Source of the DNA: Pseudomonadota bacterium | Lineage (GTDB): Bacteria > Desulfobacterota > Binatia > UBA1149 | NCBI GenBank assembly: GCA_014382245.1 | Contig: JACNKC010000077.1 | Coordinates: 7,395-71,394, forward strand | Direction: 5' to 3' | DNA: 64,000 bases | Shown: piece after piece, positions 39,420-47,848 of the stretch | Layout of the letters: each line of letters starts with the position of its first letter | Position numbering within the stretch: position 1 is the stretch's first letter | Translations under genes and position numbers: made by a program | Notes under the pieces: generated by a model | Databases searched by the model: none | Told to the model about the DNA's origin: nothing | What the model saw: the letters and a program-made list of their open reading frames with translations, nothing else

Positions 39420-40411
39420 GCAATGAAGACCGATGTTCTTCCCGCGGGCGTGATTCCAACAGGTACCCTTTTCCGGCTTATCCCAACGGCTGGTTTCGCG
39501 TCGCCTATTCGGACGAACTTCGTGCGGGACAGGTCCTATCGCTGGAGCTGTTCGGCACGCGGCTGGTGGCCTTCAGGACCGTGCAAGGAACCCCGTTCGT
39601 GCTGGACGCTTATTGCCCGCACATGGGAGCCGACATGGGGGTGGGCGGTCGCGTAGACGGTGAGGCCCTGCGCTGTCCTTTCCACGACTGGCTGTGGAGT
39701 GGCGACGGCCGTTGCCTGGAGGTCCCTTACGCCAGTCGTATCCCGGCCAGGGCCATGACCAGGGCCTTCGAGGTTGTCGAGAAAAACGGCATACTCATGG
39801 CCTGGTGGCACTCTGAAGGCGAAGCGCCGCAGTGGCAGGTGCCCGACGTGGACGCGTTCTCCTCGTCCGGATGGCGCGAGCCCGTAGTAAAACACTGGAA
39901 AGTAAACGCCCGCTGGCTGGACATGAACGAAAACTGCGTTGACCAGGCCCACTTTCGCTACATACACGGCACCCTGGCTATTCCCGCCACCCAGGCCTCT
40001 CATGACGGTCACGTCTTCAGGGCGGAGTCTCACATTCGCCAGAAAGCCCCGGGGGGAGAAGCCGAGGGCTGCCTGGTCACCGTCGACCACGGACCCGGAT
40101 TCCAGGTCGTCACCCTCGCCGGGCTTATCGATACAGTGCTCTTGAACACCGCCACCCCCATGGACGAGGAAACCACCGACGTCAGCTTCATGTACACGGT
40201 GAAAACCGAGGGGCACCCGCGTAAGGAAAAACTGGCCGCCGCGGTCGTCGATGACCTCGTAACCCAGTTCCACAACGACCTGCCCATATGGGAAAACAAG
40301 TCATACTGGAGCCGGCCTATGCTCTGCGACGGTGATGGCCCCATAGGCGAATACCGGGACTGGATGAAGCAATTCTTTACAGAAGCGCCGGGAAAGGAAA
40401 AAACGCCATGA
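39416..40411 (+). CDS. Rieske [2Fe-2S] non-heme iron oxygenase, copy 2 (tandem paralog)
   Basis: The N-terminus NRYPFPAYPNGWFRVAYSDE parallels copy 1. Motifs CPHMGADMG...CPFHDW and DQAHFRYIHG. The start GTG 39416 overlaps the upstream TGA (GTGA). Confidence 0.83.
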   Translation: MSNEDRCSSRGRDSNRYPFPAYPNGWFRVAYSDELRAGQVLSLELFGTRLVAFRTVQGTPFVLDAYCPHMGADMGVGGRVDGEALRCPFHDWLWSGDGRCLEVPYASRIPARAMTRAFEVVEKNGILMAWWHSEGEAPQWQVPDVDAFSSSGWREPVVKHWKVNARWLDMNENCVDQAHFRYIHGTLAIPATQASHDGHVFRAESHIRQKAPGGEAEGCLVTVDHGPGFQVVTLAGLIDTVLLNTATPMDEETTDVSFMYTVKTEGHPRKEKLAAAVVDDLVTQFHNDLPIWENKSYWSRPMLCDGDGPIGEYRDWMKQFFTEAPGKEKTP

Positions 40412-41526
40412 AAGATTACAAGGTCATTGACTGTGACCAGCACGTCATCGAACCGCCCGAGCTCTGGGAAGAGTGGCTGCCGAAGGAATTCGCGGACCGG
40501 GCGCCGCGCCTGGTCAAGGACGAGGACGGCGGGGACGCGTGGTTGCTCGGCGAGCACAAGGAGGCGATCGGCTTGGTAGCGGCCAAGGGTGTTTCGCCCA
40601 AGGATCTCAAGTGGACCGGCACCCGCTACGCCGATTTGCACCCTGGCATATTTCGCTCGGCCGAACGGCTCGAACTGATGGACGAGGACGGCATTGACGC
40701 GGCGGTTTTCTTTCCCCCCCAACGCACGATGATCTACTTCATGACGCTGAAAGACGCCGAATTCCATCTAGCGGGCATGCGCGCGTATAATGATTTTATA
40801 AGCGACTGGGTATCGGTAGACCGGAGCAGGCTCGGGGCTATCTGGCAGATGCCGGCAACGGGTGCCGACGACGCGGCAGCCGAGCTACGCCGGGCTGCCG
40901 CTGCCGGGGCCGTGGGTGTGGGGCTGGCTTCCTGGCCCAGTGGTGAAATGGTTCTCTCTGCTGCCGACGATCCGTTCTGGGCTGTCGCCGACGAACTGAA
41001 GATGCCGGTGCACGTCCACATCGGCCTCACGCCGGCGAGGCAACCGGTAAAGCGCGTTGCCGCACGCAAAGGTGGGGCCGCGCAGCTCGTCCTGTTGGCA
41101 GGCACGATGTCACGTATGCCCTTGATAATCGCCGAGATGATATTCAACGAAGTATTCGACCGTTTCCCGGGCCTGGTCATGGTCGGTGGGGAAGTCGGAG
41201 CGGGCTGGGTTCCTTACCTTCTCAGTGAAATGGATGACCGTTACCGGCGTAACCGTTACTGGTGCGATGTAAACCTGGAACTGGAGCCGAGCGAATACTT
41301 CCAGCGTAACTGGAAGGTGGGTTTCCTGAGGGATCCCTACGGCGTGCGCAACTGTCGCGACGTTGGTGTTGAAAACATGATGTGGTGCAGTGACTTCCCC
41401 CACCACATCAACGACTGGCCCAACTCCGGCCAACTTATAGCTGAAATGAGCAAAGGCGTAGACGCGGATGACGCCAGGAAGTTATTCTGCGAAAATGCAG
41501 GTCGGCTCTACGGCTTTACCACCTAG
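40408..41526 (+). CDS. amidohydrolase-2 family protein (ACMSD/LigW-like metal-dependent hydrolase/decarboxylase)
   Basis: MKDYKVIDCDQHVIEPPELW at the N-terminus and ...WCSDFPHH... at the C-terminus are typical of PF04909. The ATG overlaps the upstream stop (ATGA). Confidence 0.8.
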   Translation: MKDYKVIDCDQHVIEPPELWEEWLPKEFADRAPRLVKDEDGGDAWLLGEHKEAIGLVAAKGVSPKDLKWTGTRYADLHPGIFRSAERLELMDEDGIDAAVFFPPQRTMIYFMTLKDAEFHLAGMRAYNDFISDWVSVDRSRLGAIWQMPATGADDAAAELRRAAAAGAVGVGLASWPSGEMVLSAADDPFWAVADELKMPVHVHIGLTPARQPVKRVAARKGGAAQLVLLAGTMSRMPLIIAEMIFNEVFDRFPGLVMVGGEVGAGWVPYLLSEMDDRYRRNRYWCDVNLELEPSEYFQRNWKVGFLRDPYGVRNCRDVGVENMMWCSDFPHHINDWPNSGQLIAEMSKGVDADDARKLFCENAGRLYGFTT

Positions 41527-41554
41527 GCTCGATAGCAGAAGGATATACAGAAAA

Positions 41555-42763
41555 ATGGCTGGAAATGATTTCGATCCTGGCGAGCTGAGTCTTTTCGACC
41601 CGCGTTTCATAAGCGACCCCCACCCGGTGTACCGAAAGGTTCGCGCGCAATGCCCGGTGGCGGTCGACCCCTTTGCAGGCAACCCCATGCTGACGCGACA
41701 CGAAGACATCGCCGATGCCCTGCGCACGCCCGGTGTCTACTCCTCGGGTATGGACGCCACTGCGCTGGGCAACCAGCGCCCGCTGATCCCGCTGCAGGTC
41801 GACCCCCCGTTGCACACCGAATACCGTAAGCTGCTCGACCCCCGTTTTTCGCGGGCGCGCGTGCGCGAACTCGAAGGAGACGTCCGTCAGCTCGCCGGCC
41901 GCTTGGTCAATGACTTTGTTGAAAACGGACGTTGCGAATTCAACAGCGAATTCGCGATCCCGTTTCCCTGCTCCGTGTTCCTCGGCCTCATGGGGCTGCC
42001 CTTGGAAGATCTCGACACCTTCCTGGCGCTGAAAAACGGTATTATCAGGCCGCCGGCTACGGACCAGCAAGACGCCGAGGCAGCGCGTGAAAGAGCAGCC
42101 AGGAAGATAGACGATTACTTCACCCGCGCGCTGGCCAGGAAGAAAAAGAACCCCGGCGAAGATCTCATGAGTTGGTTCCTTGGCGCTGAGATCGAGGGAC
42201 GCAAGCTCACCCACGACGAGGTACTCGGGATTTGTTTTCTTTTCCTGCTGGGCGGCCTCGACACTGTCACGGCAACCCTGGGTTGCTCGGTTGAGTGGTT
42301 GGCGCGTAACCCGGTGGATCGCGCAAGGTTGGTCGCCGACCCGTCGCTGCTACCCGGGGCTGTTGACGAGTTGTTGCGTTTTCACACGCCGGTGGTCGGC
42401 GTAGCCAGGGTCCTGCGGCGGGGGGTTACCCTGGGCGGTCACGAGTACGAAGCGGGACAACCCATCACCCTGTTGCTGGGCTCAGCTAACACAGACAGCG
42501 ACGCCTTCAAGGAAGGCGACAGCGTAAAATTTGACCGGGAGCCCAATCCCCACCTGGCCTTCGGTGCCGGACCCCACCGTTGCCTGGGCTCCCACCTGGC
42601 TCGAATGGAATTAAAAATAGCTCTCGAAGAACTGCACAAGCGTATTCCCTCCTACGCTATAGCCGACGGCGAGAAGGTTCGCTTCGGCTTGGCCATTCGC
42701 GAAGTAGAATGCCTCCCGTTGGTGTTTCCTCCCGGAATCCGAACCCAGGCCGATGCGTCCTAG
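41555..42763 (+). CDS. cytochrome P450
   Basis: Heme-thiolate loop FGAGPHRCLGSHLARMELKIAL. I-helix and ExxR are present. An AAGGA SD precedes ATG 41555. Length 402 aa. Confidence 0.9.
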   Translation: MAGNDFDPGELSLFDPRFISDPHPVYRKVRAQCPVAVDPFAGNPMLTRHEDIADALRTPGVYSSGMDATALGNQRPLIPLQVDPPLHTEYRKLLDPRFSRARVRELEGDVRQLAGRLVNDFVENGRCEFNSEFAIPFPCSVFLGLMGLPLEDLDTFLALKNGIIRPPATDQQDAEAARERAARKIDDYFTRALARKKKNPGEDLMSWFLGAEIEGRKLTHDEVLGICFLFLLGGLDTVTATLGCSVEWLARNPVDRARLVADPSLLPGAVDELLRFHTPVVGVARVLRRGVTLGGHEYEAGQPITLLLGSANTDSDAFKEGDSVKFDREPNPHLAFGAGPHRCLGSHLARMELKIALEELHKRIPSYAIADGEKVRFGLAIREVECLPLVFPPGIRTQADAS

Positions 42764-44028
42764 TGCGGCTGTTGCTGGACCAAACCCGTTGCGTGGGGCA
42801 CGGCCGCTGCTACGAACTCGCGTCCGGCCTGTTCGGCGAAGACGATCGCGGGCACTGCGTGTTGCTGGCGAGCGAGGCCGACTGCGATGACGAGGGGGCC
42901 AGGAAAGCGATCGCCAATTGCCCCGAGGGCGCTATATCCATGGCCCAGGATGGTCACGCTGAAGCAGACACCTGGGACCTCTTCTGCGATCGCCTCAAGG
43001 AAGCCGGAAAGGTCATCAGCGAGGCTCGCGCGCCCGGCGACGAGCTGACAAGGGCCGAAGGATATCGATACTTGTCCCGACTGACCCGGCTCGCGCTTGA
43101 AAAACACCTTGAGCACGCCGATCCGGCAGCGCCGACTTTCTACAGTCTCAGCCACGAAACGGCCAAGATCGGCTGCGATAACCCGGATAGTTTTTACCAG
43201 AATGCCGTACTCGATGGGCAATTCGAATACCGAGTCAGCGGCACGCGCGGCACGGCCGCCTACCTGGGCATAGGCGCTTATTATGGCAACTACGGCAGCG
43301 ACGCGCCGTCCGGCTGCAGCGGCTATCTCGAAGGAGCGCAACTGGAATTGGATGAGCAGGGCGGTTTCGAGCTTTTACTGGGTGGCGAGAAGAAGCCTGG
43401 CAACTGGATCGCCTTGCGCCCGGACAGCTCAATGCTCATCGTCAGGCAGGTGTTCCTGGATCGGGTCAACGAGGCCGCGGGCAATCTGGCCATTGAGCGA
43501 ACCGGCGGCAATTCACCGCGCATGCTGGACATAACCGCGTTGGAAGATGGATTGGATGCCGCCGCGGCTTTTGTTAAAGGCACCGCGGTGATGTTTGCCG
43601 AGTGGGCCGAGGAGTTCGAACGCTGCCCCGGGGAGCTCATCGCCATGGACAGTGCCCGTACCGCGGGTGCCCACGGGGATCCAAACATTTCGTTTTACAT
43701 GGGCGCGTGGCAACTGGAAGAGGGCGAAGCGCTGCTGGTCGAGCTAGTCGCACCGCCTTGCCTGTACTGGAACTTCCAGTTGAACAATCACTGGATGGAG
43801 TCGCTCGATTACCGTTGGCAGCGCATCCACGTCAACTCGCATGATGCAGTAGAAGACTCGGACGGGGTAGTCCGGATCGTGATCAGCCCGAGCGACCCCG
43901 GTTTGCCTAACTACCTGCACACCAGCGGCCACGGTCACGGAACCATGGGTTTAAGGTGCATCAAGGGGCGAGCTCCGTTCTCGATCCAGACGAAACGCTG
44001 CCGTATTTCCGAGCTCGGGGGTGTTTAA
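42763..44028 (+). CDS. ferredoxin (3Fe-4S/4Fe-4S type) fused in-frame to a DUF1254/DUF1214 domain protein
   Basis: GTG 42763 overlaps the P450 TAG (TAGTG). The first roughly 65 aa, VRLLLDQTRCVGHGRCYELASGLFGEDDRG...DCDDEGARKAIANCPEGAI, match the C-x5-C...CP P450-partner ferredoxins. No stop precedes the roughly 350-aa DUF1254 (DNPDSFYQNAVLD) and DUF1214 (GNWIALRP...LIVRQVF; GLPNYLHTSGHG) part. Confidence 0.65.
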   Translation: MRLLLDQTRCVGHGRCYELASGLFGEDDRGHCVLLASEADCDDEGARKAIANCPEGAISMAQDGHAEADTWDLFCDRLKEAGKVISEARAPGDELTRAEGYRYLSRLTRLALEKHLEHADPAAPTFYSLSHETAKIGCDNPDSFYQNAVLDGQFEYRVSGTRGTAAYLGIGAYYGNYGSDAPSGCSGYLEGAQLELDEQGGFELLLGGEKKPGNWIALRPDSSMLIVRQVFLDRVNEAAGNLAIERTGGNSPRMLDITALEDGLDAAAAFVKGTAVMFAEWAEEFERCPGELIAMDSARTAGAHGDPNISFYMGAWQLEEGEALLVELVAPPCLYWNFQLNNHWMESLDYRWQRIHVNSHDAVEDSDGVVRIVISPSDPGLPNYLHTSGHGHGTMGLRCIKGRAPFSIQTKRCRISELGGV

Positions 44029-44112
44029 AAAACCCCTGACTTTACAGATGCTTATGGCCTTACTGGCGACTGACTACCTGACTTGTTAGTGCTGGCCACA
44101 GCCCGGGAGTTT

Positions 44113-45225
44113 TCAGTTCTCCTGCGAAAAACCCGTCCGTCCCTCACCGGGAGGCGCGAGGTCGAGAAGCCCGGCCAAAAGATTAGTGCAGGTATTATTC
44201 AGCTCGAAAGCGTAGCCAGCGGCTTCATCCATCAGCTCGTAGCGCACCAGTTGTTGAGAAATCCGCATCATGATCACCGAAAATCGAAAACCCGCAAACA
44301 CCTCCCAGTAGTGGAGGTCTCCCAGTTCTCTGCCCGCGCAGCGCTGGTAGTATTCAAGCGATTCTTCGTAGGAGCAGAAACCCTCGAGCCGCGGGGTAGA
44401 GATGCCCTCGCTGTGATGACGGTCCAGGAAGATACCCCAGGCCACGTCCTGCTCCGCGGTGCCGATGCAGGCCATCTCCCAGTCGAGTACGGCGGCGGGG
44501 CGACAATCGTCATCGAAAATAACGTTGCCGATACGGGCATCTCCCCAGGACACAACGGGGTGATCAACCGCTGGGGCGTTCTTTCGTAACCACTCACGGG
44601 CCACCTCCACTACTGGTTGCTCTCGGCCGCGCGAGGCCCAGTGAAAAAAATCATCGTAGTTGTCCAGCTGTGCCTGCAACACGTCCGATGAGCCAGCACC
44701 CGCGAGAAAATCGAAGCCCATGTTTTTCCAATCGAGACTGTGCACCCCGGCCATGCACTCAAAGCCCCCCAGCCATACCTGGTTGCGTTCTTTCGGCGAG
44801 AGTTCATGCAACCAGCCTTCGCTGTGGTAGGGCGGGTTATCACCAGGGACACGGCCTTTTACGTGTCGCATCACGTAAAACGGAGCGCCGAACACCGACT
44901 GGTCGTCGTTTTCGGTCCACAAGACCGACGGCACCGGCACCGGGCTATCGGCGAGCTTTTGCATACACAAATATTGCAGCGAGAGGTCGTAGTCCGGAAA
45001 CACAGTGAAGCCTTGTGGCTGAATGCGTACAACGCAGCTTTCACTCTGCCTGCCATCGTCCCAGGTGACATCGCAGAGCAGCGTGTCGTTCGAGAAGCCA
45101 GAAGAAGCGGGCGAAACGAGTTCACTCACTAACAGTTTTTGGGGGCGATCCAGCTTGCGATCCAGCCAGCCATAAAATTGCGCCCGGTCTCGGTCGAGAT
45201 CTCGCTGCCACATGGTCGGCATCGC
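44113..45225 (-). CDS. phosphotransferase family protein (APH/choline-kinase-like fold)
   Basis: Brenner/catalytic region ...VVSWGDARIGNVIFDDD...AVLDWEMACIGTAEQDVAW. The start is uncertain (ATG 45225 or 45216; ORF-track start 45276). Confidence 0.72.
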   Translation of the reverse strand, partial: AMPTMWQRDLDRDRAQFYGWLDRKLDRPQKLLVSELVSPASSGFSNDTLLCDVTWDDGRQSESCVVRIQPQGFTVFPDYDLSLQYLCMQKLADSPVPVPSVLWTENDDQSVFGAPFYVMRHVKGRVPGDNPPYHSEGWLHELSPKERNQVWLGGFECMAGVHSLDWKNMGFDFLAGAGSSDVLQAQLDNYDDFFHWASRGREQPVVEVAREWLRKNAPAVDHPVVSWGDARIGNVIFDDDCRPAAVLDWEMACIGTAEQDVAWGIFLDRHHSEGISTPRLEGFCSYEESLEYYQRCAGRELGDLHYWEVFAGFRFSVIMMRISQQLVRYELMDEAAGYAFELNNTCTNLLAGLLDLAPPGEGRTGFSQEN

Positions 45226-45235
45226 GGTAGCTTCC

Positions 45236-46039
45236 TCAGCGGTCCCAGGCGATGTTTTGACCCCACGAGGAGCCAAGCATCGCCGCCGGCGTGTTCTTGT
45301 TTATGTGGCCGATAAGGCCGCCGTAGATTCCGTATCCCACGAGTTCCTGCAAGCGCGGATCAAAGTCGCGCACCCTCTCCCGGGGAATGCCCAGTTGTTG
45401 GTTTTCCTGCTGCCGTATGTAGCCGGCACAATAGTTCATGGCGACCCCCAACCTGGCCCCATCGCTGGCGTTACGTCCACCACCGTGCCACATGGAACCG
45501 TTCCACAGCAACACGTCACCCCGCTTCATTTCCGCGGCAACGGTTTCAAGCGGGACGCCGTACTCCGGAACGTCCTCGCGCAGGTGAGAGCCCGGTATGA
45601 TACGAGTGGCCCCGTTCAGCTCGGTAAACTCGGTCAGTGCCCACATGGTGTTACAGACCAGGGCCGGGTGGGGACGCGCAATAGGAATGAGCTGGTCATC
45701 GGCGTGCAGGGGTTGGGCTAATTCACCGGGTAGTATTTTGATCGACGACAAGGACGACACCAGGCAGCCGCTGTCGAGGACGCCTTCAACGACAGGCAAC
45801 ACGGCTGGGTGTACTGGTATTTTCTCAAAAACCGGGTCAAGGGCCAGCAAGTTGTAGATTCTCAGCGTGTTGACACCTTCGAAATCGTTACCGGCGGGCT
45901 CGACAGATAATTCCTTCTCGAGGCGGCTGACGGCGGCTTCAATTTCGTCTATCAACCCTGGATCAACCGAGTCTTCAACAACGGTGTAACCCTGCTTTTC
46001 TACCCTCGCGAGGTGCGCAGCTATTTCGGTTTCGCTCAA
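45236..46039 (-). CDS. phytanoyl-CoA dioxygenase (PhyH) family Fe(II)/2-oxoglutarate oxygenase
   Basis: PhyH motifs ...PLHADDQ... (H-x-D), ...IIPGSHLRE... and ...GSMWHGGGRN. The proposed start TTG 46039 overlaps the TGA of the DIO-like gene (TTGA); GTG 46087 is an alternative. Confidence 0.75.
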   Translation of the reverse strand: MSETEIAAHLARVEKQGYTVVEDSVDPGLIDEIEAAVSRLEKELSVEPAGNDFEGVNTLRIYNLLALDPVFEKIPVHPAVLPVVEGVLDSGCLVSSLSSIKILPGELAQPLHADDQLIPIARPHPALVCNTMWALTEFTELNGATRIIPGSHLREDVPEYGVPLETVAAEMKRGDVLLWNGSMWHGGGRNASDGARLGVAMNYCAGYIRQQENQQLGIPRERVRDFDPRLQELVGYGIYGGLIGHINKNTPAAMLGSSWGQNIAWDR

Positions 46040-46785
46040 CTGGCCACTGCCTGTTCGCGAGAATAGGAGGAGATAGCCTCTTCCCACTCGGCCGGTAGGA
46101 AGAACATGGGACCGGGCCCGCTCTTGTAAACCACGCTACCGTCCAATCCGACCAGCGCCAGGCGTTCGGGAATCGCGTTCCACGCGTTCGATACGGCATT
46201 GTCCATGCCATCAACGAGGGCTGGCGGCTCAAGCGCGGTTTGTAACATGCACGCCTGGCCAGCGTCTATCCTCTGGTCGATGCTCGTGGGTTGGGTAAAA
46301 ACTACACCGTCTGCAAGGTTCTCGTCCACCTGCCAGCCATCGCTCGGGTGAATTTCCTTGATGTAAACAACGTAAAAATCGACCTGGTCTTTCCAGCGAC
46401 GGTAGATCTCGTTAACGGCACCAGCCTGGTACCGGAAGGGCGGTCAAGTGTAGCTGCCAAAAACGAGAGCGACCGGCCGTTTGCCGAAATGATCTGAGAG
46501 GGTGACCGCCGGACCGTCCTTGTCGTTGAGCCGAGCGAGAGTGAAGTCAGTCGCAGCCTGTCCGGCCTGCAGCGATCCCGGCTCGGCCGCCATGGATTCG
46601 GTCAGGTGCTGGGCCGACAGGGGATTCTCCATCGCCGCGGCCAAGCGCCCCCAGCCTTCTTCGCCCAGCTCTGCATCTACGGCCTTGAAATTGAGTCCCT
46701 GCTGTTCTGCCAGGGCCTGGACCAGTTCCCGAATTTTTGCTGTTTCCATGGGGCCTAATCTGAGACAGGGGTCGGCCTCTTGCAA
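46036..46785 (-). CDS. iodothyronine-deiodinase-like thioredoxin-fold selenoprotein (in-frame UGA = selenocysteine)
   Basis: Two same-frame ORFs (46444-46785 and 46036-46329) are separated only by TGA 46444-46446. Reading through gives ...KRPVALVFGSYT-U-PPFRYQAGAVNEIYRRWKDQVDFYVVYIKEIHPSDGWQV...VDGMDNAVSNAWNAIPERLALVGLDGSVVYKSGPGP..., collinear with the vertebrate deiodinase core (FGSxTUPPF; VYIxEAHPSDGW; DRMDN...YG; GGKGP). The start is TTG 46785 or ATG 46749. Confidence 0.72.
46416..46434 (-). other. candidate bacterial SECIS hairpin downstream of the UGA
   Basis: The mRNA reads UGA-CCGCCCUUC-[CGGUACC-AGGCU-GGUGCCG]. This is a 7-bp stem (one G-U pair) with a 5-nt loop, starting 10 nt after the UGA, within the positional window of bacterial SECIS elements. 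Confidence 0.4.
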
Positions 46786-46814
46786 GCAGAATCCCTGGCG
46801 GTGGCGCCGGCGCG

Positions 46815-47792
46815 TCAGGCTGTTTCAGCCTGGGCGCTGATGCCCGCTACAGTCAGACCTGCCTGCTCGAGCAAGCGGCGGTCAGCGCCGGTGTCGGGAT
46901 TACCGGTGGTCAGCAGTTTCTCGCCAAAGAAAATCGAATTTGCGCCCGCCATGAAGCACAACATCTGGGCTTCTTCTGAGAGGCGGCTGCGGCCTGCTGA
47001 CAGCCTGACCACTGAAGCCGGCATCAGCACCCTGGCGCAGGCCACCATGCGCACCAACTCCAACGCTTCCACCGGTTCGCGGTCGCCCAGGGGTGTGCCC
47101 TTTACCGGCACCAGCGCGTTGACCGGCACGCTCTCCGGGTGCCTGGGCAGGTTGGCCAGTTCGACCAGCATGGCGCAGCGATCGTTGATGCTTTCGCCCA
47201 TCCCGATTATGCCGCCGCAACACACGTTAATACCGGCTTCGCGAACGTGGGCTAGTGTTTCGAGTCGTTCATCAAAGTTGCGGGTCGTGATGATCTTGTC
47301 GTAGTACTCGCGGGAAGTGTCGATGTTGTGGTTGTATGACGTAAGTCCGGCATCCTTGAGCTCGCCCGCCTGCTCGGCGTTGATCATGCCCAGGGTCACG
47401 CAGCTCTCCATGCCGAGGGAGTTGACCCCACGCACCATGTCGAGGACCGAGTCGAACTGGCTGCCCGAACGTACGTCCCGCCACGCGGCCCCCATGCAGA
47501 AACGGGTTGCGCCGGCGTCCCTGGCCTCCGACGCCGAGGCCAGGACAGCCTCTACGTCGATCAGCGCCTCGTTCTCAACGTCGGCCTCGTAGTGAGCGCT
47601 CTGGGGACAGTAGGAACAGTCCTCGGGGCAACCGCCCGTCTTGATTGAAAGCAGCGAACAGAGCTGAACCTGCCTGGGGTCGTGGTGCTGGCGGTGTATG
47701 CCCTGGGCCAGGTAGAGCAGCTCGCTCAGGGGCGTGTCGTGGATCTCGCGGGCTTCGGCCACCGCCCAGTCGTGTCTAAGTCCTTCGGTCAT
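46815..47792 (-). CDS. bioB: biotin synthase
   Basis: Radical-SAM CPEDCSYC plus the BioB-specific C-terminal region. Length 325 aa. Confidence 0.93.
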   Translation of the reverse strand: MTEGLRHDWAVAEAREIHDTPLSELLYLAQGIHRQHHDPRQVQLCSLLSIKTGGCPEDCSYCPQSAHYEADVENEALIDVEAVLASASEARDAGATRFCMGAAWRDVRSGSQFDSVLDMVRGVNSLGMESCVTLGMINAEQAGELKDAGLTSYNHNIDTSREYYDKIITTRNFDERLETLAHVREAGINVCCGGIIGMGESINDRCAMLVELANLPRHPESVPVNALVPVKGTPLGDREPVEALELVRMVACARVLMPASVVRLSAGRSRLSEEAQMLCFMAGANSIFFGEKLLTTGNPDTGADRRLLEQAGLTVAGISAQAETA

Positions 47793-47848
47793 CCTCCTTT
47801 TTTAGGCCGAGTCCCTCGCTGCTTCAAACCCACGAAGTGGGGGCGGGC

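Noticed and set aside
42580-42762. An N-terminal extension of the ferredoxin-DUF ORF back to 42580
   Set aside because: This stretch lies wholly inside the P450 gene in another frame. The ferredoxin homology begins at the GTG overlapping the P450 stop.
46444-46446. The TGA in the deiodinase-like gene as a simple nonsense mutation (pseudogene)
   Set aside because: The downstream 136 codons stay open in the same frame and remain collinear with deiodinase motifs. The stop replaces the Sec/Cys position precisely, and a hairpin sits at the SECIS distance. Sec recoding is the more economical reading, pending confirmation of the sel genes elsewhere in the genome.
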